64,000 bases of DNA, taken from assembly GCF_009914755.1 (NCBI RefSeq), contig NC_060939.1. One strand, given 5' to 3'. This DNA comes from the human T2T-CHM13v2.0 reference genome, Homo sapiens. Position 1 is the first letter of the stretch, and every line of letters begins with the position of its first letter. Positions 41,550 to 56,500 of this stretch are shown piece after piece. A program made the position numbers and the translations under genes. The notes beneath the pieces were generated by a model. The model was not told the origin of the DNA. It saw nothing but the letters and a program-made list of their open reading frames with translations, and made no database searches.

Positions 41550-44500
41550 TCCATTTGAGTCCACTCCATTCCATTCCATTCCATTCCATTCAGTTCCATT
41601 CCATTCTGTTCCATTCCATTCCGTTCCATTGCATTCCATTCCATTCGGTACCATTCCATATTGTTCCATTCGATTCCATTCGAATCCATTCCATTCCAGT
41701 CCATTCCATTCGATTCCATTCCATTCCTTTCAATTCCATTCCATTCCATTCCATTCCACTTGATTCCACTCCATTCCCTTCCACTGCATTCCATTCGATT
41801 CCATTCCATTGCATTGCATTCCATTCCATTGGACTGCATTCCATTCGATTCCATTCCATTCGAATCAATTACATAGCAATCCATTACATTCGAGTCTATT
41901 CTATTCCGTTCCATTCGATTTCATTCCAATCCATTCGATTCCATTCCATACTATTGCATTCCATTCTATTACATTATATTCGAATAAGATCCATTCAAGA
42001 CCATTTCTTTTGAGTTCATTCTATTTGAGTCCATTCCCTTTGATTCCATAACATTTGAGTCCATTCAATTCCATTCCTTTCGTTTGCATTCCATTTGATG
42101 CCATTCCATTCAATTCTGTGCTACTCGACTCCAATACATTCAATTCCATTCCATCCGATTCCATTACATTCTTTTCATTTCTTATCCATTTCAAGCCATT
42201 CCACTCCATTCCATTCCACTCGTTTCCTTTCCATTCGAGTCCATTCCTCTCCAGTCCATTCCGTTCAATCCATTCCATTCCAGTCCATTCCATTCGAGTC
42301 CGTTCCATTCCAGTCCATTCCATTCGAGTCAATTCCATTCCATTCGATGTCTTTCCATAACGATCCATTCCATTCTATTCCTTTCGATTCCATTCCATTC
42401 TATTTCATTCCATTCGATTCCCTTCCAATGGACTCCTTTCCATTCGAGTGCATTCCATTCCGTTCCATTTCTTTCCGTTCTGTACGATTCCTACCGTTCG
42501 ATTTCATTTTGTTCCAGTCCATTCCTTTCGCGTCCATTCCATTCCATTTCACTCCATTCGATTCCATTCCACTCGATTCCACTTCGTTCCATTTCATTGC
42601 ATTCCATTCTATTCAACTCTATTTCCTTCCATTCCATTCCATTCGATTACATTCCATGCGATTCCATTCGAAATCGAATCAATTACATTGCAATCCATTA
42701 CTATTGAGTCCGTTTTATTCCAGTCCACTGCATTCTGGTCCATTCCATTTGATTCCATTCCATTCTATTCCATTCCATACAGTTGCATTCCATTGGATTC
42801 CATTCTATATCTATAAATTCAATTCGAGACCATTGCTTTTGAATCCATTCCATAGGATTCCATTCCATTCAAGTCCATTACATTTGGTTCAATTCCATTC
42901 CATTCCATTCCCTTCCATTCCATTCCAGTTGATATCAATCCATTCGATTCCATTCCATTCGAGCACATTCCATTCCAGTCCATTCCATTCGATGCCATTA
43001 CATTTGATTCTATTCCATTAGTCTCCATTCAATTCCATTAATCTCCATTCCATTCCATTCTACTCCAACTGATTCCATTCCATTCTATTCCTTTCCATTC
43101 CATTTCATTCCATTCCATTCCGTTCCATTACATTCCATTCGCTTCCATTCCATTCGTGTCCATTCCACTCCAGTCCATTCCATTCGTGTCCATTCCATTC
43201 CAGTCCATTCCATTTGTGTCCACTGCATTCCATTCCACTCCATTCCATATTATTCCATTACACTCCATTCCATTCTATTACTTTCATTTCCATTCAATTC
43301 CGTTCCATTTGATTCCATTCCACTCGGTTTCATTCCATTTGAGTCCACTCCATTCCATTCCATTCCATTCCATTCAGTTCCATTCCATTCTGTTCCATTC
43401 CATTCCGTTCCATTGCATTCCATTCCATTCGGTACCATTCCATATTGTTCCATTCGATTCCATTCGAATCCATTCCATTCCAGTCCATTCCATTCGATTC
43501 CATTCCATTCCTTTCAATTCCATTCCATTCCATTCCATTCCACTTGATTCCACTCCATTCCCTTCCACTGCATTCCATTCGATTCCATTCCATTGCATTG
43601 CATTCCATTCCATTGGACTGCATTCCATTCGATTCCATTCCATTCGAATCAATTACATAGCAATCCATTACATTCGGGTCTATTCTATTCCGTTCCATTT
43701 GATTTCATTCCAATCCATTCGATTCCATTCCATACTATTGCATTCCATTCTACTACATTATATTCCAATAAGTTCCATTCAAGACCATTTCTTTTGAGTC
43801 CATTCTATTTGAGTCCATTCTATTTGAATCCATTCCCTTTGATTCCATAACATTTGAGTCCATTCAATTCCATTCCTTTCGTTTCCATTCCATTTGATGC
43901 CATTCCATTCAATTCTGTTCTACTCGACTCCAATACATTCAATTCCATTCCATCCGATTCCATTACATTCTTTTCATTTCCTATCCATTTCAAGCCATTC
44001 CACTCCATTCCATTCCACTCGTTTCCTTTCCATTCGAGTCCATTCCTCTCCAGTCCATTCCGTTCAATCCATTCCATTCCAGTCCATTCCATTCGAGTCC
44101 GTTCCATTCCAGTCCATTCCATTCGAGTCAATTCCATTCCATTCGATGTCTTTCCATAACGATCCATTCCATTCTATTCCTTTCGATTCCATTCCATTCT
44201 ATTTCATTCCATTCGATTCCCTTCCATTGGACTCCTTTCCATTCGAGTGCATTCCATTCCGTTCCATTTCTTTCCGTTCTGTACGATTCCTACCGTTCGA
44301 TTTCATTTTGTTCCAGTCCATTCCTTTCGCGTCCATTCCATTCCATTTCACTCCATTCGATTCCATTCCACTCGATTCCACTTCGTTCCATTTCATTGCA
44401 TTCCATTCTATTCAACTCTATTGCCTTCCATTCCATTCCATTCGATTACATTCCATGCGATTCCATTCGAAATCGAATCAATTACATTGCAATCCATTAC

Positions 44501-47500
44501 TACTGAGTCCGTTTTATTCCAGTCCACTGCATTCTGGTCCATTCCATTTGATTCCATTCCATTTTATTCCATTCCATACAGTTGCATTCCATTGGATTCC
44601 ATGCTATATCTATAAATTCAATTCGAGACCATTGCCTTTGAGTCCATTCTATATGATTCCATTCCATTCAAGTCCATTACATTTGGTTCAATTCCATTCC
44701 ATTCCATTCCCTTCCATTCCATTCCAGTTGATATCAATCCATTCGATTCCATTCCATTCGAGCACATTCCATTCGAGTCCATTCCATTCGATGCCATTCC
44801 ATTTGATTCTATTCCATTAGTCTCCATTCAATTCCATTAATCTCCATTCCATTCCATTCTACTCCAACTGATTCCATTCCATTCCATTTCATTCCATTCC
44901 ATTCCATTTCATTCCATTCCATTCCATTCGCTTCCATTCCATTCGTGTCCATTCCACTCCAGTCCATTCCATTCGTATCCATTCCATTCCAGTCCATTCC
45001 ATTTGTGTCCAGTGCATTCCATTCCACTCCATTCCATATTATTCCATTACACTCCATTCCATTCTATTACTTTCATTTCCATTCAATTCCATTCCATTTG
45101 ATTCCATTCCACTCGGTTTCATTCCATTTGAGTCCACTCCATTCCATTCCATTCCATTCCATTCAGTTCCATTCCATTCTGTTCCATTCCATTCCGTTCC
45201 ATTGCATTCCATTCCATTCGGTACCATTCCATATTGTTCCATTCGATTCCATTCGAATCCATTCCATTCCAGTCCATTCCATTCGATTCCATTCCATTCC
45301 TTTCAATTCCATTCCATTCCATTCCATTCCACTTGATTCCACTCCATTCCCTTCCACTGCATTCCATTCGATTCCATTCCATTGCATTGCATTCCATTCC
45401 ATTGGACTGCATTCCATTCGATTCCATTCCATTCGAATCAATTACATAGCAATCCATTACATTCGAGTCTATTCTATTCCGTTCCATTCGATTTCGTTCC
45501 AATCCATTCGATTCCATTCCATTCGATTCCATTCCATACTATTGCATTCCATTCGATTACATTATATTCGAATAAGTTCCATTCAAGACCATTTCTTTTG
45601 AGTCCATTCTATTTGAGTCCATTCCCTTTGATTCCATAACATTTGAGTCCATTCAATTCCATTCCTTTCGTTTCCATTCCATTTGATGCCATTCCATTCA
45701 ATTCTGTTCTACTCGACTCCAATACATTCAATTCCATTCCATCCGATTCCATTACATTCTTTTCATTTCTTATCCATTTCAAGCCATTCCACTCCATTCC
45801 ATTCCACTCATTTCCTTTCCATTCGAGTCCATTCCTCTCCAGTCCATTCCGTTCAATCCATTCCATTCCAGTCCATTCCATTCGAGTCCGTTCCATTCCA
45901 GTCCAATCCATTCGAGTCAATTCCATTCCATTCGATGTCTTTCCATAACGATCCATTCCATTCTATTCCTTTCGATTCCATTCCATTCTATTTCATTCCA
46001 TTCGATTCCCTTCCATTGGACTCCTTTCCATTCGAGTGCATTCCATTCCGTTCCATTTCTTTCCGTTCTGTACGATTCCTACCGTTCGATTTCATTTTGT
46101 TCCAGTCCATTCCTTTCGCGTCCATTCCATTCCATTTCACTCCATTCGATTCCATTCCACTCGATTCCACTTCGTTCCATTTCATTGCATTCCATTCTAT
46201 TCAACTCTATTGCCTTCCATTCCATTCCATTCGATTACATTCCATGCGATTCCATTCGAAATCGAATCAATTACATTGCAATCCATTACTATTGAGTCCA
46301 TTTTATTCCAGTCCACTGCATTCTGGTCCATTCCATTTGATTCCATTCCATTCTATTCCATTCCATACAGTTGCATTCCATTGGATTCCATTCTATATCT
46401 ATAAATTCAATTCGAGACCATTGCTTTTGAATCCATTCTATATGATTCCATTCCATTCAAGTCCATTACATTTGGTTCAATTCCATTCCATTCCATTCCC
46501 TTCCATTCCATTCCAGTTGATATCAATCCATTCGATTCCATTCCATTCGAGCACATTCCATTCGAGTCCATTCCATTCGATGCCATTCCATTTGATTCTA
46601 TTCCATTAGTCTCCATTCAATTCCATTAATCTCCATTCCATTCCACTCTACTCCAACTGATTCCATTCCATTCTATTCCTTTCCATTCCATTTCATTCCA
46701 TTCCATTCCATTCCATTCCATTCGCTTCCATTCCATTCGTGTCCATTCCACTCCAGTCCATTCCATTCGTGTCCATTCCATTCCAGTCCATTCCATTTGT
46801 GTCCACTGCATTCCATTCCACTCCATTCCATATTATTCCATTACACTCCATTCCATTCTATTACTTTCATTTCCATTCAATTCCGTTCCATTTGATTCCA
46901 TTCCACTCGGTTTCGTTCCATTTGAGTCCACTCCATTCCATTCCATTCCATTCCATTCAGTTCCATTCCATTCTGTTCCATTCCATTCCGTTCCATTGCA
47001 TTCCATTCCATTCGGTACCATTCCATATTGTTCCATTCGATTCCATTCGAATCCATTCCATTCCAGTCCATTCCATTCGATTCCATTCCATTCCTTTCAA
47101 TTCCATTCCATTCCATTCCATTCCACTTGATTCCACTCCATTCCCTTCCACTGCATTCCATTCGATTCCATTCCATTGCATTGCATTCCATTCCATTGGA
47201 CTGCATTCCATTCGATTCCATTCCATTCGAATCAATTACATAGCAATCCATTACATTCGAGTCTATTTTATTCCGTTCCATTCGATTTCATTCCAATCCA
47301 TTCGATTCCATTCCATACTATTGCATTCCATTCTATTACATTATATTCGAATAAGATCCATTCAAGACCATTTCTTTTGAGTTCATTCTATTTGAGTCCA
47401 TTCCCTTTGATTCCATAACATTTGAGTCCATTCAATTCCATTCCTTTCGTTTGCATTCCATTTGATGCCATTCCATTCAATTCTGTGCTACTCGACTCCA

Positions 47501-50500
47501 ATACATTCAATTCCATTCCATCCGATTCCATTACATTCTTTTCATTTCTTATCCATTTCAAGCCATTCCACTCCATTCCATTCCACTCGTTTCCTTTCCA
47601 TTCGAGTCCATTCCTCTCCAGTCCATTCCGTTCAATCCATTCCATTCCAGTCCATTCCATTCGAGTCCGTTCCATTCCAGTCCATTCCATTCGAGTCAAT
47701 TCCATTCCATTCGATGTCTTTCCATAACGATCCATTCCATTCTATTCCTTTGGATTCCATTCCATTCTATTTCATTCCATTCGATTCCCTTCCAATGGAC
47801 TCCTTTCCATTCGAGTGCATTCCATTCCGTTCCATTTCTTTCCGTTCTGTACGATTCCTACCGTTCGATTTCATTTTGTTCCAGTCCATTCCTTTCGCGT
47901 CCATTCCATTCCATTTCACTCCATTCGATTCCATTCCACTCGATTCCACTTCGTTCCATTTCATTGCATTCCATTCTATTCAACTCTATTTCCTTCCATT
48001 CCATTCCATTCGATTACATTCCATGCGATTCCATTCGAAATCGAATCAATTACATTGCAATCCATTACTATTGAGTCCGTTTTATTCCAGTCCACTGCAT
48101 TCTGGTCCATTCCATTTGATTCCATTCCATTCTATTCCATTCCATACAGTTGCATTCCATTGGATTCCATTCTATATCTATAAATTCAATTCGAGACCAT
48201 TGCTTTTGAATCCATTCCATAGGATTCCATTCCATTCAAGTCCATTACATTTGGTTCAATTCCATTCCATTCCATTCCCTTCCATTCCATTCCAGTTGAT
48301 ATCAATCCATTCGATTCCATTCCATTCGAGCACATTCCATTCCAGTCCATTCCATTCGATGCCATTACATTTGATTCTATTCCATTAGTCTCCATTCAAT
48401 TCCATTAATCTCCATTCCATTCCATTCTACTCCAACTGATTCCATTCCATTCTATTCCTTTCCATTCCATTTCATTCCATTCCATTCCGTTCCATTACAT
48501 TCCATTCGCTTCCATTCCATTCGTGTCCATTCCACTCCAGTCCATTCCATTCGTGTCCATTCCATTCCAGTCCATTCCATTTGTGTCCACTGCATTCCAT
48601 TCCACTCCATTCCATATTATTCCATTACACTCCATTCCATTCTATTACTTTCATTTCCATTCAATTCCGTTCCATTTGATTCCATTCCACTCGGTTTCAT
48701 TCCATTTGAGTCCACTCCATTCCATTCCATTCCATTCCATTCAGTTCCATTCCATTCTGTTCCATTCCATTCCGTTCCATTGCATTCCATTCCATTCGGT
48801 ACCATTCCATATTGTTCCATTCGATTCCATTCGAATCCATTCCATTCCAGTCCATTCCATTCGATTCCATTCCATTCCTTTCAATTCCATTCCATTCCAT
48901 TCCATTCCACTTGATTCCACTCCATTCCCTTCCACTGCATTCCATTCGATTCCATTCCATTGCATTGCATTCCATTCCATTGGACTGCATTCCATTCGAT
49001 TCCATTCCATTCGAATCAATTACATAGCAATCCATTACATTCGGGTCTATTCTATTCCGTTCCATTTGATTTCATTCCAATCCATTCGATTCCATTCCAT
49101 ACTATTGCATTCCATTCTACTACATTATATTCCAATAAGTTCCATTCAAGACCATTTCTTTTGAGTCCATTCTATTTGAGTCCATTCTATTTGAATCCAT
49201 TCCCTTTGATTCCATAACATTTGAGTCCATTCAATTCCATTCCTTTCGTTTCCATTCCATTTGATGCCATTCCATTCAATTCTGTTCTACTCGACTCCAA
49301 TACATTCAATTCCATTCCATCCGATTCCATTACATTCTTTTCATTTCCTATCCATTTCAAGCCATTCCACTCCATTCCATTCCACTCGTTTCCTTTCCAT
49401 TCGAGTCCATTCCTCTCCAGTCCATTCCGTTCAATCCATTCCATTCCAGTCCATTCCATTCGAGTCCGTTCCATTCCAGTCCATTCCATTCGAGTCAATT
49501 CCATTCCATTCGATGTCTTTCCATAACGATCCATTCCATTCTATTCCTTTCGATTCCATTCCATTCTATTTCATTCCATTCGATTCCCTTCCATTGGACT
49601 CCTTTCCATTCGAGTGCATTCCATTCCGTTCCATTTCTTTCCGTTCTGTACGATTCCTACCGTTCGATTTCATTTTGTTCCAGTCCATTCCTTTCGCGTC
49701 CATTCCATTCCATTTCACTCCATTCGATTCCATTCCACTCGATTCCACTTCGTTCCATTTCATTGCATTCCATTCTATTCAACTCTATTGCCTTCCATTC
49801 CATTCCATTCGATTACATTCCATGCGATTCCATTCGAAATCGAATCAATTACATTGCAATCCATTACTACTGAGTCCGTTTTATTCCAGTCCACTGCATT
49901 CTGGTCCATTCCATTTGATTCCATTCCATTTTATTCCATTCCATACAGTTGCATTCCATTGGATTCCATGCTATATCTATAAATTCAATTCGAGACCATT
50001 GCCTTTGAGTCCATTCTATATGATTCCATTCCATTCAAGTCCATTACATTTGGTTCAATTCCATTCCATTCCATTCCCTTCCATTCCATTCCAGTTGATA
50101 TCAATCCATTCGATTCCATTCCATTCGAGCACATTCCATTCGAGTCCATTCCATTCGATGCCATTCCATTTGATTCTATTCCATTAGTCTCCATTCAATT
50201 CCATTAATCTCCATTCCATTCCATTCTACTCCAACTGATTCCATTCCATTCCATTTCATTCCATTCCATTCCATTTCATTCCATTCCATTCCATTCGCTT
50301 CCATTCCATTCGTGTCCATTCCACTCCAGTCCATTCCATTCGTATCCATTCCATTCCAGTCCATTCCATTTGTGTCCAGTGCATTCCATTCCACTCCATT
50401 CCATATTATTCCATTACACTCCATTCCATTCTATTACTTTCATTTCCATTCAATTCCATTCCATTTGATTCCATTCCACTCGGTTTCATTCCATTTGAGT

Positions 50501-52290
50501 CCACTCCATTCCATTCCATTCCATTCCATTCAGTTCCATTCCATTCTGTTCCATTCCATTCCGTTCCATTGCATTCCATTCCATTCGGTACCATTCCATA
50601 TTGTTCCATTCGATTCCATTCGAATCCATTCCATTCCAGTCCATTCCATTCGATTCCATTCCATTCCTTTCAATTCCATTCCATTCCATTCCATTCCACT
50701 TGATTCCACTCCATTCCCTTCCACTGCATTCCATTCGATTCCATTCCATTGCATTGCATTCCATTCCATTGGACTGCATTCCATTCGATTCCATTCCATT
50801 CGAATCAATTACATAGCAATCCATTACATTCGAGTCTATTCTATTCCGTTCCATTCGATTTCGTTCCAATCCATTCGATTCCATTCCATTCGATTCCATT
50901 CCATACTATTGCATTCCATTCGATTACATTATATTCGAATAAGTTCCATTCAAGACCATTTCTTTTGAGTCCATTCTATTTGAGTCCATTCCCTTTGATT
51001 CCATAACATTTGAGTCCATTCAATTCCATTCCTTTCGTTTCCATTCCATTTGATGCCATTCCATTCAATTCTGTTCTACTCGACTCCAATACATTCAATT
51101 CCATTCCATCCGATTCCATTACATTCTTTTCATTTCTTATCCATTTCAAGCCATTCCACTCCATTCCATTCCACTCGTTTCCTTTCCATTCGAGTCCATT
51201 CCTCTCCAGTCCATTCCGTTCAATCCATTCCATTCCAGTCCATTCCATTCGAGTCCGTTCCATTCCAGTCCAATCCATTCGAGTCAATTCCATTCCATTC
51301 GATGTCTTTCCATAACGATCCATTCCATTCTATTCCTTTCGATTCCATTCCATTCTATTTCATTCCATTCGATTCCCTTCCATTGGACTCCTTTCCATTC
51401 GAGTGCATTCCATTCCGTTCCATTTCTTTCCGTTCTGTACGATTCCTACCGTTCGATTTCATTTTGTTCCAGTCCATTCCTTTCGCGTCCATTCCATTCC
51501 ATTTCACTCCATTCGATTCCATTCCACTCGATTCCACTTCGTTCCATTTCATTGCATTCCATTCTATTCAACTCTATTGCCTTCCATTCCATTCCATTCG
51601 ATTACATTCCATGCGATTCCATTCGAAATCGAATCAATTACATTGCAATCCATTACTATTGAGTCCATTTTATTCCAGTCCACTGCATTCTGGTCCATTC
51701 CATTTGATTCCATTCCATTCTATTCCATTCCATACAGTTGCATTCCATTGGATTCCATTCTATATCTATAAATTCAATTCGAGACCATTGCTTTTGAATC
51801 CATTCTATATGATTCCATTCCATTCAAGTCCATTACATTTGGTTCAATTCCATTCCATTCCATTCCCTTCCATTCCATTCCAGTTGATATCAATCCATTC
51901 GATTCCATTCCATTCGAGCACATTCCATTCGAGTCCATTCCATTCGATGCCATTCCATTTGATTCTATTCCATTAGTCTCCATTCAATTCCATTAATCTC
52001 CATTCCATTCCACTCTACTCCAACTGATTCCATTCCATTCTATTCCTTTCCATTCCATTTCATTCCATTCCATTCCATTCCATTCCATTCCATTCGCTTC
52101 CATTCCATTCGTGTCCATTCCACTCCAGTCCATTCCATTCGTGTCCATTCCATTCCAGTCCATTCCATTTGTGTCCACTGCATTCCATTCCACTCCATTC
52201 CATATTATTCCATTACACTCCATTCCATTCTATTACTTTCATTTCCATTCAATTCCGTTCCATTTGATTCCATTCCACTCGGTTTCGTTC
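41550..52290 (+). repeat. Trimeric tandem duplication, two copies, period 5367 bp (1799+1789+1779)
   Basis: ORF pairs 42055/47422, 43156/48523, 43854/49221, 44945/50312 and 45643/51010 are offset by 5367. Shared variants are CCAATGGAC, CGGGTC, a 15-bp duplication, TACTACTGAG, CGTATCC, CCAGTGC and CCACTCTACT. Confidence 0.9.
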
Positions 52291-53500
52291 CATTTGAGTC
52301 CACTCCATTCCATTCCATTCCATTCCATTCAGTTCCATTCCATTCTGTTCCATTCCATTCCGTTCCATTGCATTCCATTCCATTCGGTACCATTCCATAT
52401 TGTTCCATTCGATTCCATTCGAATCCATTCCATTCCAGTCCATTCCATTCGATTCCATTCCATTCCTTTCAATTCCATTCCATTCCATTCCATTCCACTT
52501 GATTCCACTCCATTCCCTTCCACTGCATTCCATTCGATTCCATTCCATTGCATTGCATTCCATTCCATTGGACTGCATTCCATTCGATTCCATTCCATTC
52601 GAATCAATTACATAGCAATCCATTACATTCGGGTCTATTCTATTCCGTTCCATTTGATTTCATTCCAATCCATTCGATTCCATTCCATACTATTGCATTC
52701 CATTCTACTACATTATATTCCAATAAGTTCCATTCAAGACCATTTCTTTTGAGTCCATTCTATTTGAGTCCATTCTATTTGAATCCATTCCCTTTGATTC
52801 CATAACATTTGAGTCCATTCAATTCCATTCCTTTCGTTTCCATTCCATTTGATGCCATTCCATTCAATTCTGTTCTACTCGACTCCAATACATTCAATTC
52901 CATTCCATCCGATTCCATTACATTCTTTTCATTTCTTATCCATTTCAAGCCATTCCACTCCATTCCATTCCACTCGTTTCCTTTCCATTCGAGTCCATTC
53001 CTCTCCAGTCCATTCCGTTCAATCCATTCCATTCCAGTCCATTCCATTCGAGTCCGTTCCATTCCAGTCCATTCCATTCGAGTCAATTCCATTCCATTCG
53101 ATGTCTTTCCATAACGATCCATTCCATTCTATTCCTTTCGATTCCATTCCATTCTATTTCATTCCATTCGATTCCCTTCCATTGGACTCCTTTCCATTCG
53201 AGTGCATTCCATTCCGTTCCATTTCTTTCCGTTCTGTACGATTCCTACCGTTCGATTTCATTTTGTTCCAGTCCATTCCTTTCGCGTCCATTCCATTCCA
53301 TTTCACTCCATTCGATTCCATTCCACTCGATTCCACTTCGTTCCATTTCATTGCATTCCATTTTATTCAACTCTATTGCCTTCCATTCCATTCCATTCGA
53401 TTACATTCCATGCGATTCCATTCGAAATCGAATCAATTACATTGCAATCCATTACTATTGAGTCCGTTTTATTCCAGTCCACTGCATTCTGGTCCATTCC
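50400..53500 (+). repeat. Segment duplicated at +7201 bp (four monomers away, ~57.6-60.7 kb)
   Basis: ORF pairs 51010/58211, 51993/59194, 52111/59312 and 52809/60010 are offset by 7201. Shared variants are GTCCAATCC, CCACTCTACT, GTTTCGTTCC, CGGGTC, TCCAATAAG and the 15-bp duplication. Confidence 0.8.
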
Positions 53501-56500
53501 ATTTGATTCCATTCCATTTTATTCCATTCCATACAGTTGCATTCCATTGGATTCCATGCTATATCTATAAATTCAATTCGAGACCATTGCTTTTGAGTCC
53601 ATTCTATATGATTCCATTCCATTCAAGTCCATTACATTTGGTTCAATTCCATTCCATTCCATTCCCTTCCATTCCATTCCAGTTGATATCAATCCATTCG
53701 ATTCCATTCCATTCGAGCACATTCCATTCGAGTCCATTCCATTCGATGCCATTCCATTTGATTCTATTCCATTAGTCTCCATTCAATTCCATTAATCTCC
53801 ATTCCATTCCATTCTACTCCAACTGATTCCATTCCATTCTATTCCTTTCCATTCCATTTCATTCCATTCCATTCCATTTCATTCCATTCCATTCCATTCG
53901 TGTCCATTCCACTCCAGTCCATTCCATTCGTGTCCATTCCATTCCAGTCCATTCCATTTGTGTCCACTGCATTCCATTCCACTCCATTCCATATTATTCC
54001 ATTATACTCCATTCCATTCTATTACTTTCATTTCCATTCAATTCCATTCCATTTGATTCCATTCCACTCGGTTTCATTCCATTTGAGTCCACTCCATTCC
54101 ATTCCATTCCATTCCATTCAGTTCCATTCCATTCTGTTCCATTCCATTCCGTTCCATTACATTCCATTCCATTCGGTACCATTCCATATTGTTCCATTCG
54201 ATTCCATTCGAATCCATTCCATTCCAGTCCATTCCATTCGATTCCATTCCATTCATTTCAATTCCATTCCATTCCATTCCATTACATTCCACTTGATTCC
54301 TCTCCATTCCCTTCCACTGCATTCCGTTCGATTCCATTCCATTGCATTGCATTCCATTCCATTGGATTGCATTCCATTCGATTCCATTCCATTCGAATCA
54401 ATTACATAGCAATCCATTACATTCGAGTCTATTCTATTACGTTCCATTCGATTTCGTTCCAATCCATTCGATTCCATTCCATTCGATTCTATTCCATACT
54501 ATTGCATTCCATTCTATTACATTATATTCGAATAAGTTCCATTCAAGACCATTTCTTTTGAGTCCATTCTATTTGAGTCCATTCCCTTTGATTCCATAAC
54601 ATTTGAGTCCATTCAATTCCATTCCTTTCGTTCCCATTCCATTTGATGCCATTCCATTCAATTCTGTTCTACTCGACTCCAATACATTCAATTCCATTCC
54701 ATCCGATTCCATTACATTCTTTTCATTTCTTATCCATTTCAAGCCATTCCACTCCATTCCATTCCACTCGTTTCCTTTCCATTCGAGTCCATTCCTCTCC
54801 AGTCCATTCCGTTCAATCCATTCCATTCCAGTCCATTCCATTCGAGTCCGTTCCATTCCAGTCCACTCCATTCGAGTCAATTCCATCCCATTCGATGTCT
54901 TTCCATAACGATCCATTCCATTCTATTCCTTTCGATTCCATTCCATTCTATTTCATTCCATTCGATTCCCTTCCATTGGACTCCTTTCCATTCGAGTGCA
55001 TTCCATTCCGTTCCATTTCTTACCGTTCTGTACGATTCCTACCGTTCGATTTCATTTTGTTCCAGTCCATTCCTTTCGCGTCCATTCCATTCCATTTCAC
55101 TCCATTCGATTCCATTCCACTCGATTCCACTTCGTTCCATTTCATTGCATTCCATTCTATTCAACTCTATTGCCTTCCATTCCATTCCATTCGATTACAT
55201 TCCATGCGATTCCATTCGAAATCGAATCAATTACATTGCAATCCATTACTATTGAGTCCATTTTATTCCAGTCCACTGCATTCTGGTCCATTCCATTTGA
55301 TTCCATTCCATTCTATTCCATTCCATACAGTTGCATTCCATTGGATTCCATTCTATATCTATAAATTCAATTCCAGACCATTGCTTTTGAATCCATTCTA
55401 TATGATTCCATTCCATTCAAGTCCATTACATTTGGTTCAATTCCATTCCATTCCATTCCCTTCCATTCCATTCCAGTTGATATCAATCCATTCGATTCCA
55501 TTCCATTCGAGCACATTCCATTTGAGTCCATTCCATTCGATGCCATTCCATTTGATTCTATTCCATTAGTCTCCATTCAATTCCATTAATCTCCATTCCA
55601 TTCCATTCTACTCCAACTGATTCCATTCCATTCTATTCCTTTCCATTCCATTTCATTCCATTCCATTCCATTTCATTCCATTCCATTCCATTCGCTTCCA
55701 TTCCATTCGTGTCCATTCCACTCCAGTCCATTCCATTCGTGTCCATTCCATTCCAGTCCATTCCATTTGTGTCCACTGCATTCCATTCCACTCCATTCCA
55801 TATTATTCCATTACACTCCATTCCATTCTATTACTTTCATTTCCATTCAATTCCATTCCATTTGATTCCATTCCACTCGGTTTCATTCCATTTGAGTCCA
55901 CTCCATTCCATTCCATTCCATTCCATTCAGTTCCATTCCATTCTGTTCCATTCCATTCCGTTCCATTGCATTCCATTCCATTCGGTACCATTCCATATTG
56001 TTCCATTCGATTCCATTCGAATCCATTCCATTCCAGTCCATTCCATTCGATTCCATTCCATTCCTTTCAATTCCATTCCATTCCATTCCATTCCACTTGA
56101 TTCCACTCCATTCCCTTCCACTGCATTCCATTCGATTCCATTCCATTGCATTGCATTCCATTCCATTGGACTGCATTCCATTCGATTCCATTCCATTCGA
56201 ATCAATTACATAGCAATCCATTACATTCGAGTCTGTTCTATTCCGTTCCATTCGATTTCGTTCCAATCCATTCGATTCCATTCCATTCGATTCCATTCCA
56301 TACTATTGCATTCCATTCTATTACATTATATTCGAATACGTTCCATTCAAGACCATTTCTTTTGAGTCCATTCTATTTGAGTCCATTCCCTTTGATTCCA
56401 TAACATTTGAGTCCATTCAATTCCATTCCTTTCGTTTCCATTCCATTTGATGCCATTCAATTCAATTCTGTTCTACTCGACTCCAATACATTCAATTCCA

